Positions 1 through 17,900 of a stretch of DNA of 64,000 nucleotides are shown here, piece by piece. A program made the translations under genes and the position numbers. The notes under the pieces were generated by a model. It had not been told where the DNA came from and made no database searches. It saw only the letters and a program-made list of their open reading frames with translations. Position 1 is the stretch's first letter; each line of letters starts with the position of its first letter. The stretch is from Podarcis erhardii (lineage: Eukaryota). The stretch lies in NCBI GenBank assembly GCA_964252035.1, contig OZ176205.1. One strand, 5' to 3'.

Positions 1-1
1 G

Positions 2-6028
<6,027 letters not shown>

Positions 6029-8450
6029 TGGACCATAACACTGAAGGACCAGACTACATAATCTACACAAGAGCTTTAGCAAGAATATTTTTAAAGAACA
6101 TATTTTTTGTGTTACTTCTAAAAACTTTTTTATTTTTTATTTTATTCATGTGATTTTACTGCCCTCTCTTATTCTCTTGAATATTCCTCTGTCTTTGTGT
6201 CTGACTTTACAGACAACCTGGGATTTCCCTGCTGCATCACCACTAAAATAGTACAGTTTCAGCTCCTCAGCTCTATTACTAAGGAAAGGATTTCCCTGGG
6301 TAATGAAGGGCATTCCTGTCCTCTGGTCATTTTATTTTTTAATTTAAAACTTTCTGGAGCACCTTAGTTGTAGCTGGTAGAACTGCAAAATATTAAGAGT
6401 ACTATTTTTTCTGTGTGGAATTATCTACAAATTCTAAATTGCCTTAACGAGCCCCAATTTATTAGCTGCTAGATCAGTGCTCCTTTTCCTGTACTGGAAC
6501 AGAGTTATATCTTGTGGCCAGTTAGGTGTATATTCAACAAATGCCTAATATTGTGTTGTGAAGAAACAGTGGGACAATTTCAAATACTATTTATTTTTAG
6601 TTAGGCTATTTTTCCTACATGAAATATGTAGCTGCATGCCTGATTACACCAATCCTAGGTAGACTTTAACATTCTTTTTAAGTTGCTAGGGTGCTAATCT
6701 GAATTGAAATGGCTATTGACTATCCACTGTCTTCACTTTTCCATAGCTTTTATATGTTATGTTTTTTCTTTCTTTAAGTGAAGATGTACCAGAACCATAT
6801 TTTAAAAGGCAATGGGTGAGAATTCCTTTTCCTTCGAGTTTGAACATTTTAAAGGTAGAATCATAGAATTCTATGAAGATATCAGTAATACATTGCAGAA
6901 TTGGTAGGGTCCACTAAGAACCAAATCAGTCCTTCTGAGCTGAGATGGGTATCTCCTGTGGTCCATCCTTTCATTTGTCCAGCACCGGAGATATTTGGAT
7001 GATGTAGTTGCTTAGCTTTTCATATCTTACAAAGCCAGTGTGGGGGACCTTTGGCCCTTCAGATGTTTCTGTACTACAACTCCTTTCAGCCCCTGCAAGG
7101 GATGATGTGAGTTGTAGTTCAGCAAACAATTGGAGGGCCAAATGTCCTCTCTCCACTGCCGCCCACACCTGCTATAAAGAATTATTCATTGTGTAAAGCA
7201 CCTTCCCTCCATCTTCAGGCTCCATTTGTAGCAAATGAATATTGAAGGTGGAATCCCTTCCCATTGGCACTGCTGTTTTAAGTGCTCTGCTGCTTTAATT
7301 ACTTTGGCTTAGGCTAGCCTATTCTGTCTGGTTATCTTGATGCACTGGTACCTCTCCTGCGAAACTACGGTGCAGCCAGATTTCACATTTTAGTGCCATG
7401 AAAGAGGAGGGAGCTCATCTTTAGAGAGGCAAACATCAGGCTAAGGAAGGTGGTTCAGGCAAATGCTGCCTGCATCTGATCACTTCAGACTTGTCCTGAA
7501 GTCTCAAGGGGCAGTGATGAAAAGCTAGAGACTACTGTGAATCATAGTGAATATATGATCAACCTTGAATTTCTGTGGCTTTTTATGTAACCTTTGCAGA
7601 AAACTTGATGTAAATACGGATTACATTCCTAGTTCCATCTTCTTGAAATCTATTCCACTATCGTATGGCATTGGCTGTGGTCCTTCCTGATATCCTTCAC
7701 TGAGGAGAATAATTTAACTGTGATTTGATGAGGAGTCTGAGCCACCAAACCTTTGCACGTTCATGCTTGCTCTCTCTTTCTCAGAGCCCTAGGTGACCTT
7801 TCTCTTGTATCTTTGGCCTCAGATAGCTGTCTGGTTCCTTTCTGGCAGCTACAGGGTGGCCACTTGGCCTTGCAGAATGGCTGCAGGCCATTGACTGACT
7901 TGAATGTGGGAGATCCCTTTGCCTCCATCTCCTCCTGCCCACCCCCTTTTCCAGAATCTGACTTACATTTGGCCAGGCCGAATGAACTCTGTTCTTCCTT
8001 TTTGTTGAAGTGATCTCAGAACCGAGCATATGTGCTTCCTCTCAGTTCCTTCATCAGGATGGCGTCTTAGTATTTTGTTTCTCAATTTCACAGCTCTAAT
8101 ACTACAAGTTCTGATCCTGGAATTGGCTTGGATCCTTCTAAGCCAAACAGAGTGCGCTCCCAAATGTCCTCCATGAAGCTCAGGGAGGGCCTCTTCATTC
8201 CATTTGTCTGCCTCTGTGTTGCAGTGTCAATAGATACCTTAGCTAAGGGCTTCATCTCTGTATAAGCCATGGAATAAATTCTCATGCCTGGCAACACCTC
8301 AGTTCAGTCAGAGGGAGCATGTTATAGCATCAACCCAGGTGGGGATAGGTTTATTTTGTATATGAATGATTTTTAATGAATGCAATATTATTCCTTGCAG
8401 ATGAGCAATAAATCATTACGCAAAATCTAAATAAAATGATTAGAAAAATA
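6029..8450 (+). other. AHCYL1: AHCYL1 3'UTR (about 2.4 kb; end approximate)
   Basis: Follows the stop codon, has no recognisable TE, and ends in two AATAAA hexamers (8407-8412, 8430-8435). Confidence 0.7.
8407..8435 (+). terminator. Tandem polyadenylation signals of AHCYL1
   Basis: AATAAA at 8407-8412 and 8430-8435, preceded by U-rich TTTTGTA/TTTTAAT elements. Confidence 0.65.
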
Positions 8451-11179
8451 CCTCTGGCTTGAGTTTTTAAATAATCTTCTAAATAATCAGTGCCACAGTT
8501 TGCGCTGTCCAAGGAAACAAGTTGCCAGCACACTTTCAACTGCAAGATTCCAGTTTTATTCCATCCACAAAGCAAACCATTTATCTCATAGGATGTCTGT
8601 GGCTTGAGAAGATATACAAACCCCTGATGTCAGAGCTCAAGGAAGAGCTTGGTATCTCTGCTTCTCTTCCTCCCCGAAGTAGACTTTACAGCAGGAATGG
8701 AGAAACCCTACTCTGTGAGTCAGATGTGGCCTGTAGTTAGCCCTTCAGGGGTGCTCAGTGGGAAGCAGCTGAGGGGGGAAATGCCATGGTTTTTTAAAAC
8801 ATAACAAAACATACCAAAAATATACACTATGCAAATATGGGTAAGTCCTAATAAAATGTTATCAGTCTTTATGAGAAAACAAAATTCTGTATAAATTAAC
8901 TAGGGTAAATGCTTTTGTTGGGTGAAATGCGCACTTTCAAAATGTTCCTCTGAAGTAAGATCTGTTGGAAGAAGATCAAAGTAAATTTTAAAAATGTTTC
9001 AGCAGAAAGGTAGATTACTGTTCCTTGCAAAGATGCAAAAAAATGTCCAGGCAATCTGCAGTTGCACACATGCAATTTTCAGGATGCAGATGCATTTTGA
9101 AATTTTAGGTTTCAAATAGCTGTAAGACACAGCTTTGCAGTTCCTCTGTACTTTAAACATTGCTTGCATTTCTCTGATGGAATTACTGATTACTCTTTGC
9201 CTTTTGCACAATTAGCATAGAGACAGCAGTGAATAGGAGCTTTACTTTTTAAAAACTTTTTAAAAAAATCTTATGGAGAAAATGGAAAGCAAATGGAAAG
9301 AAAATGGAAATTTGAGTGGAGTTGCTAAGAAAAAAGCCCCTTGTTTTCATAGGAAATACCATTTTGTATGTCTCTGTATATGTTAAGAATGTGTGATTGA
9401 TGTGTTGATATGGCCCCAGCCCTACTTTTCAGGAAGGGAATAACTGTCATTAAGTTAGCATTAGAAACTCTATTGAAATAGAATCCTATATCCAAGCTTC
9501 CAGAAGCAAACACACTTTTATGGCTGTCTAGCCACACTGGATGCAAAACATACCTAAGCATGTTCCCATTGCTAATAAAATAGTGATAGCGTTAGGCTTT
9601 CCATGCAAGCTTTAGTTGTTGAGTTCACATTAACACAACCTACACTGAACTATTTGGTTTTTAAAAATAAATAAATGGTACGTAACATTATTTCTATCCC
9701 TATAAGTCCACAGTCCATAAAAGAGTGTATGGATATATCAGACATCTTGATCTTGCTTGCTGTAGTCCAAGAAACTCTTCTCATTGTGGTGGGCAGAGGC
9801 AGTTCATATTGTTCCCTCATTTACTTCTTTCTTGTGAACACATTTCACATCTTTAATGCTTTCTGTTTGTTAAATTGTTGTGACTGAATATGGCCTAAAG
9901 CATTCTGCAATTATCTACAATCCTTTTCCACAGTGGACCATCCCTGATTCCATTGGACCCCCTCAATCTCAGATGTTCCTATTGCTACCACACCTTTCTG
10001 TTCTGCTTCTGTATGGCTACTAATACTTTAGTAGCCTGATCATGTGCATACTGGTTGGTGGTCCCCAATATTCTCAAGTAGCAGGCAAGTGAAAGGCCAT
10101 CCCACCAGTGCTACATCACAGATATGCCAGTGATGCTATCACAAATGTCTATTTGAAGCATTTGTGACTTTTGCCAATGTTTTTGATAAGGTAAGATTGT
10201 ACAGTACTTTTATTAATGTCTTTACAACTACCCTACTGCAGGTTTTTTTGTTTGTTAAAAATCAGCTCATTAAAAGATTAAACAAGCCAAAGGTAAAAGT
10301 GATAGGATCCACATAGTGTTCAAGTAGGTTTTCTTCTGCACATGAATAAATACTAGCATGAGCTGGAACGTAGGGCTCAGCTTGCAGAGTGTTAATAATG
10401 AATGTCCACGGTGTCTCCCTCATTCCAAGTTCAAGATGCTGTTAAAGTAGTAAGCAGGCAGATGTTAAAAACATGCAGCAAACTGTTAACACTGAATAGT
10501 GGCTTGCCATGGAAACTATTTAAATACAGTGCTGCATTGCAGTATTAAAGGCACTGATGACCTATGCGTTTGGATTCATAGAAATTTGGTAAGGCACTGT
10601 AAGACTGCACTAAGAAACATTAGGCCTTTTAAGCCCTATCTCAAAGGCACACTGTTCTATTTAAATAGAATGCATGGATAATCGTAAAATCCTTATTGAG
10701 CTGCTTCACAAGTGCAACCCTAGTTGCTGTAATAGATTTTTCCAACATGTGCATGTAGGAGCGAGCGATCCAGAAAGTGTGTGGCAGATGTGCATCTGGG
10801 ACCCTTTTTGAAATGTCCAGTTTCTCTTTCTTGCCCTTCCTTTATTTAGATGCGTACCGGTAATTTTCAGAGCGCTTGCCAAGTTCCAACGAGAGTCTTG
10901 TGGCACATAACGAATTTATTGTGCCTTAAGCTTTTCTATTTGAGTCTCCTCTGTCAGATGTACGAAGTGTCCTCAGTTGGCATGAATATATGCGTAAGTG
11001 GGGGAAATGTGAACAGTGGAATCGAATGACGGTGAAATGCAGGAAGTGCCTTCTGTATTGCACTGCCGTTTGATTCCGGCGTTCACAATTTTTTCTCTCC
11101 GCCCCTGCGTACAGCCTGTGTTTCTTGCACCCTTGTGCACTTGTCCATCATGAAGTTGCTGCTTTTGAGATGACGATTT

Positions 11180-11950
11180 GAGAGCTAAACCCTTCTGCAT
11201 AAGCGAGCTTCACTTGCACCGTCTGCGGGACTTTACGTGACAGCTCCCGGCTATAGCCAAACGAGCCTCCGTCGCCTTGGGAACCATTTCACAGGCTTTA
11301 CAAAAACCGGAGAAATGCCAGCTTTCAGGCAGCGCCGCCTTTAAGAGGATAACGCGACGCAACCAAGATGGCTGCCGCGCCAGGTCACAAGAGTCCTTTG
11401 ATCCGCGGGCCATTCTCAATCTGTTCCTGTGGTTTCCATGAAACAACAGCTTCTCATCTTAGCCAAGCCCATCCGCCACGCTCAAGATGGCGTCGCTTCC
11501 TGCGAGAACCTAGCGCTGCCTCGGCCCAGTTCGCGCGAGAGCTGCCGGCGCGTCGAGATGGAGCCAGGCGGCGGCGGCGGCGGCGGCGGCGGAGGTCCGG
11601 GCTTGCTGATTGTCAACAACAAGCAACGGGGCGCGGGGCTCGGGCTGGCGGCGCCGGCGACGCCGGGGGTGAAGGGCCGAGAGCCCAACCGCAACCAGCG
11701 CAAGGACTCGGAGGTCAGGCGGGGCGGCGAGGGGCTCCGGGTGGGGGGAAGGACGTGTCCTCGCCCACTCGCCGCTTCCTACCGAAGTCTCAAGGAGCCG
11801 GGAGGAGGGAGGGAGGGAGGGAGGGAGGGGCTTCCTCTGGGTGACTCCGGCTTCCCTCACCTGTCGGGCCTTGCATGTCACCAGCGGTTTAAAAATAGAG
11901 ATGAAGGGCGGGGGGGGGGCGTCGGGATGTCCCTGCGCTGACAGTGGACG
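11180..11950 (+). promoter_or_regulatory. STRIP1 CpG-island promoter with YY1-type and X-box-type motifs
   Basis: Sharp rise in CpG and GC content; CAAGATGGCTGC 11364-11375; CAAGATGGCGTC 11483-11494; GTTTCCATGAAAC 11432-11444. Confidence 0.85.
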
Positions 11951-14900
11951 TGCAGTGTTTAGTCTCCACCCAAGCCTTGGCTTCCCTCCCCTCCTCTACT
12001 CACGCGAAGCCATTTCCCAAATAAAGGCTCTTTCCCATCCCCATCACGAAGAGGAGCCTGCCATGGTCACAAGGCAGCTGCTTCCTCCTCCTGCAAAAAG
12101 TGCAACTTTGGGGAAAACCCTCCCCATCCTTTTGCCTTTTTAAAAGGTGTTTGCAGCGCAGAAGCTTGCTCACAAGTAAGCTGCCCTGTGCCCAAGGGCT
12201 CTTACGCTCGAGTAAGGGTTGCCTGTAGGGTGACAACCCGGAAGATTATAAATCGGCAGTCCTATCTGTACACATTTACTTGGGAGTTAAGTTCCGTGGG
12301 TTTTGTAACTCTGAACAGATCTTGTCCAGGTTGCACGGCAGTCTGCGAAACTTGAGTTCCAGGCAAGCCTTAAAAGTGCGAAGTTGCCGAGCAATGTGGC
12401 AAAGCAGGTTTCAGGGAGAGGAGCATTGCCGTAGTCATCTGCAAGTTACCATAGTAACAGTGAAGCTGCGTGGGGAAAGTCGAGAGCCCTTTCATGCTGA
12501 GCCTAAGTTTTATTTTAAACTGTCCTCTTCACCCAGGGTTATTCGGAATCTCCAGATTTTGAGTTTGAGTATGCAGACACAGACAAGTGGGCTGCTGAGC
12601 TGTCAGGTAAACTGTGAACTGCTTTACTCTAATATTGTGCTTTGTTTTGAAACAGTTTCATTTTATTATAATGGATGTTGCTACAAAGTAAAAATCAAGC
12701 CTATGTGAAAATTCAACGGATTTGTTTGAGTTGCTGCTTCCTATATTCATTGTTAGTTGCTTTCCGGTTTTATCTTGTGATTACCGCTGTGTGAGGAAAG
12801 TTGTTTCGAGTGGAAGTGATATCCACATAAAAGCTCTGTTTATATTTTCTGATCCACCCTGGATAATTTTTTAATGAAGAGCAAGTTAGAGGTGTTCTAA
12901 ATAAAAAAATAATTCTGCTATAAATAAATAGTGTGTCTTAGATTTTGCTTTAAGTATACATATGTACTTTTGAATATTCAGTCAATATTATGTGTTCCTA
13001 TTTTACTTCAATAGGAGAGATGTGCAGACATTGCCCAGATTCATCTATCATGTTCCGCTTGTAAAACCCAGTGCAAGGACAACTGCTAGAGCAGTGGGGC
13101 TTTTCCACCTCCACTGTGAGCCCCCTGCACCTTCCCAAATTCACTCAGAAAGGTATCCAGTAATAGGAGATATCCAGTAACAGTGCAGGGAGGGAGGAGA
13201 GGAAAGATGGTTCCATCAGGCAAGCAGAAATCCTTTCACTGATGGAACAATTTCCTTAGCACTATGCAGAATCCTACCCATTAGGCTTAACCATTGCTTG
13301 TTTCTGTAACTACAGTTAAGTGTTGCTTACACCTGAATACCTACATCATGGTTAAGGGTTGTCTGCAAACTACTTATGTTAAGTCATGAGTCTGAAGTAG
13401 GTTTGTAAACCATGTTTTGTATTAACCATGGTACATCTACATCAATCAGTTTAGTTCTCCCTGCATCTCCAGGATCTTCCCTTGCAAAGTTATGAGCAGG
13501 CCTCATTGGTGTGGTTCCCACCCTACAGGGGCAGGGCTTAGCTTGAGAAAGCTCACCCATGGTAGCAATTTTCAAATAATGCCATCTTCTCCAACACTCT
13601 GTGTTATGAACATTCTTCCACTTGTCATGACAAATAGCTGTCTCCAGTCCTGTTGCTTTAAACCGTGCTCAGGTATTGTATAACATATAACTTGGTTTTG
13701 TGTATTTATTATCTCATGGCAGAACTGTACAGTTACACTGAAGGTCCGGAATTCCAGCTCAACAGAAAATGCTTTGAGGAAGATTTTAGACTGCATGGTA
13801 AGAGTGATGTATTGTCTGTTTGCTGTGAAAATGTCTTGTAGAGTTGCTTTGTGTGTGCACTAGAAGTTGGTCTTTGTGTGCTCAAAATGTAAGATCTTTC
13901 TCTTTGTGATAGAAATAAAATACCAAAGGATTGATTGCTAAATCAAGTATGTTCTTACATCTTTCCATGAAACTTTGCTTTTATTTTAATCTATTATTAT
14001 TATTATTATTATTAATTTGTATACCTCCCTTCATCCAAAGATAAAACATAAAAATACAAAACATGAGCACAAAATACATACGGTAATAAAGAACCCCCAA
14101 ACAAACCAATAACACCCCTCCAAACCAATGACACATTTAAAAAGGTATAGAATGTTTCAACAGCCATAGCCCTGGTTATAGAGAAACCTTTTCATCTGGT
14201 GCCTAAAGGTATGTAATGAAGGCTTCAGGCAAACCTCTCCATGGAGAGCATTCCACAAATGGAGAGCCACTGCAGAAAAGGTTCATTCTCATGTTTCCAC
14301 CCTGGACCTCTCATGGAGGAGGCAAACAAAGAAGGGCCTCAGGTGATGATTGCAGGGTCTGGTATTGTGGTCCTGAGCCATTTAATAGTTTGTATTTTAA
14401 GCAAATCTTGAGTTTTTGGAAGCAATGGAAGGTATTTAAGGTAAATGAGAGGGCCTGATATCATAGCATAGGATCCTTATTTATGAATTTTCTGAATGTT
14501 CTAGTGTTCCAGTCTGAAGGGTGCTTACCACAGCTTTTAACTCATAAGAATTGTAAGGGCTTTTGGGTTCTTATGAATTCAGCCTCCCAGACTCTTCTAA
14601 AGCAAAGTTGCCCTGTGACTTGTGAGGCTAAAGCTCCCTGATCTTAGAGGGTCTGTTTTGTAGTTTCAGAAAGCAGCCTTATATCAAACTGTTTGACTTT
14701 ACAGTGCTGGATAAAAAATGGACAGAGTTGGACACCGATCAACATCGTACCCATGCCATGAGGCTTCTTGATGGCCTTGAAGTCACTGCTCGGGAGAAAA
14801 GACTGAGGGTAGCCCGAGCCATCCTCTATGTTGCACAAGGTATACCTTTATTACTGCCAGAGGAAATTCTCAGTTATGAAATGTTTGCTAGTTGCTGTGT

Positions 14901-17900
14901 AATGTCTTCATGGCATATTTATTAACATGGTACTTGAATGAAACCAAGCCTGTTTTTTGAAAAAGAAAGAAAGAACAGAGATGAAGGAAATTTGTTTGTT
15001 ACTACCTTTATTGCATAAATGACTGAGAGCAGTATCCTACTAAATAGATCCACTAGTGCAGAGATTTCCACTTGTACAATGAAACCTCCTCCCTCTCTAC
15101 CATATATGTGTGCCAAATCTGTTCCAGAGAGTTGAGGAGAAACCCAGAACAGATTTAGGAGGTATGCAAGGAGAGGAGAGGATGGAGAACTTCTGTTGTA
15201 CAAGCAAAAATCCTTGCACTAGCAGATCTCTTTAGTTGGATACCACCCTAACTCAGTTTCATTTTTATTTTTAGTTGTTTGGGGCTAGATTCTAGACTTA
15301 CAGTCACTTTTCATAGTAAACCAAGATGGTTGTCCATCTTTGCTCATAGTGTGCCTGAACATCAGAGCTGACAGAGACAACAGTTTGTAGTTGACTATCA
15401 CATATGTAGATATAATTAACCTGAGTAGTTGCTATTATTATCATCATCAAAGTTATATCCCACCCTTCCACTCAAAGGAGCCCAGGGCAGCAAGCGCACA
15501 AATAATGAAACAGTTTAAACATTTAAAAGCAATTCCAATTGAAATGCAACCTGTAAAAGGCTTGTTGAAAGAAGAAGGTGCCAAAAAGACAACAGAGGTG
15601 GTCCCTGTGTAATATTTAATGGAAGGGAATTCCAAAGACTGGGTGCCACATCACAAAAGATCTGATTCCTATATTTTGCAGAATGGACTGACCCCCATGC
15701 TCAGTTAGTTATCTGCATGAGGCCCTCACCTACAGAGCAGTTATTTGTTGGGTAAATAAGGGGCAAGACGATCTTTCAGGTATCCTGGTCCCAAGCTGTA
15801 TAGGGCTTTATGCACCAAAACCAACACCCTGAACTTAGCCCAGTAACTAATTGGCAGCCAGTGCAGTTCTTTTAGCAGCTATGTAACATGGTGGCAGTAG
15901 CCTGCCACAGTGAGCAGTCGAGCCATCTCATTTTGCACTACCTGCAGCTTCAGGACTAACTTCAAGGGTTGCCCTGCATAGAAAACATTGCATTAATTCA
16001 GCCTGCAGATTACCAGCACATGGGTGACAGTGGCCCAGTCCTGAAATGGCCATAGATGTCGTATTGGCCAAAACCGGTAGAAGGCACTCCTGGCCACTCC
16101 TGGCCACTTGGGCCTCTACTGACAACTATGGATCTGGGAGCACTCCTGGATGAGCCTGCTCTTTAAGTGGGAGTACAACCCTATCCAAAGTAGGGAGTTG
16201 GCCAATTATTAAGAACCTGCCACCCAAAACACTTCCATCTTGCCAGGATTCAAAGTCAGTTTGTTGGCCCTCATCCAGCCCACCACCAAGTCCAGGCAGT
16301 GGTCCAGAGCTTGCATGGTCTCCATATTAGTACAGATGCATGATATTGCATTAGTGACATATTTCCATTGCACCAAATATTCAGGCAACAGAGGTTGTTA
16401 GGTGGGATTATCCCTTGAGATGTTGGTGTGATCAAGTGCCATCAAGTCCCACTGGAAGCCATGTTTCATTTTATAATTGTGTAACACTCTTGTTCTCTGT
16501 CCTGCAGCAGGTTCCAGATGCTGCAGGAAGCTGACATTCTAGCCGGTTGTTTTCATAGTACTGTATTATAATTTTTGTGTTATTTTAATTTTGTGAATTC
16601 TCTGCCCTTAGGCATAAGAATCAGGAAAAACATATCAGTTATGAAGAACAACAACATGCTTTATCTGTAAAATGGAGAGCAAATTGGTATGATTTTTGTT
16701 TTTGTGGCTGCAGGCACATTTGATGAGTGCAGCTCTGAAGCTGAAGTTCAGTCCTGGATGCGATACAACATTTTCCTTCTGCTTGAAGTTGGCACATTCA
16801 ATGCTTTGGTGGAACTTTTGAACATGGAAATTGAGTGAGTTCCATGTTGCTGCAGAGTTGGGCCTCTAAGAGGAATGTAGGCTGTTTAGATAGCCTGGTT
16901 ATGATCTGCCCCACCAGAGTATATATTTTTACAGCTTGTGAATGATCAGATGCCAGATTCATTCTGGTATTCATCCAATTTTTATCTGATTCCATAGAAA
17001 GCCCTAGAGTTTAGGACTGGAGTATTAAGGCAGTAGGGTAACACTGCAAGTTCTTCACCTACCTTTCCAGTATCTGATTAAGAAATGCTATCTTTCTGGT
17101 AATGGAAATAAAACAAGTAATCTAGAATAATTTGATTTTTAATTATTCATTTATAATAATTGTATTAATATTATTAATGATACTATATTATAATACTTTG
17201 TAGTGCCAAACAAGAATCACTTACTTTTGAGGATGGCGTTGTTGTTCTTGCAGCTAAAAACTAAACACGGATTGATAGAAAGATTAGTATATACTGGACT
17301 CAGATGAATGCCTCTCTAGCCCACTCCTTTGATCTCAGTAGGATCAAAAATATTCCTACTCGGTTATCTAAAAAAAAAGGAACACAAAGTTGTTATAGAA
17401 TGTCTAGTAATTTGGTTCTATGGAGCAGATGCTTCTCTCGTAGTTGAATTCAGTCCAGTTTGTAAGATCTCAAAGCAACTGTTTTGGGCAGCTGCTGTTG
17501 GATATGTAAAGGAATTAGAGCATGTGCAGAGTGGTGCCTAGCTGCAGAGAAAGACCACAGGATATGCAAACTGTACGCTGCTGTTTTCATGTTATAATCT
17601 TAATGTGTAAAAAAAGCCTTTGATCCCAGATTGTAGGCAGCAAGAGCTAAGTTGGTGTTGCTTCTTTTCTCTTAGCAACAGTGCTGCCTGCAGCAGTGCT
17701 GTGAGGAAGCCTGCCATCTCCCTGGCTGACAGCACCGATCTGAGGTGAGGAATATTGGCATATAGGCCACAGGTGTGATGAGATTTCCCTGTGAAGGACT
17801 CATGAGTTTAAAAGAATGCTTTGCTTTCCTTTCCTCCGCAGCCTTTCCTCTATTTGCATATTCTCTTGTGTTTTTTTGAAATATGGCATTTAGAGGTGGA

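Noticed and set aside
14840-14850. STRIP1 intron 4 donor GTATACCTTT resembling a U12 donor
   Set aside because: U12 requires RTATCCTT; the extra A breaks it, and no U12 branch site precedes the acceptor at 16713.
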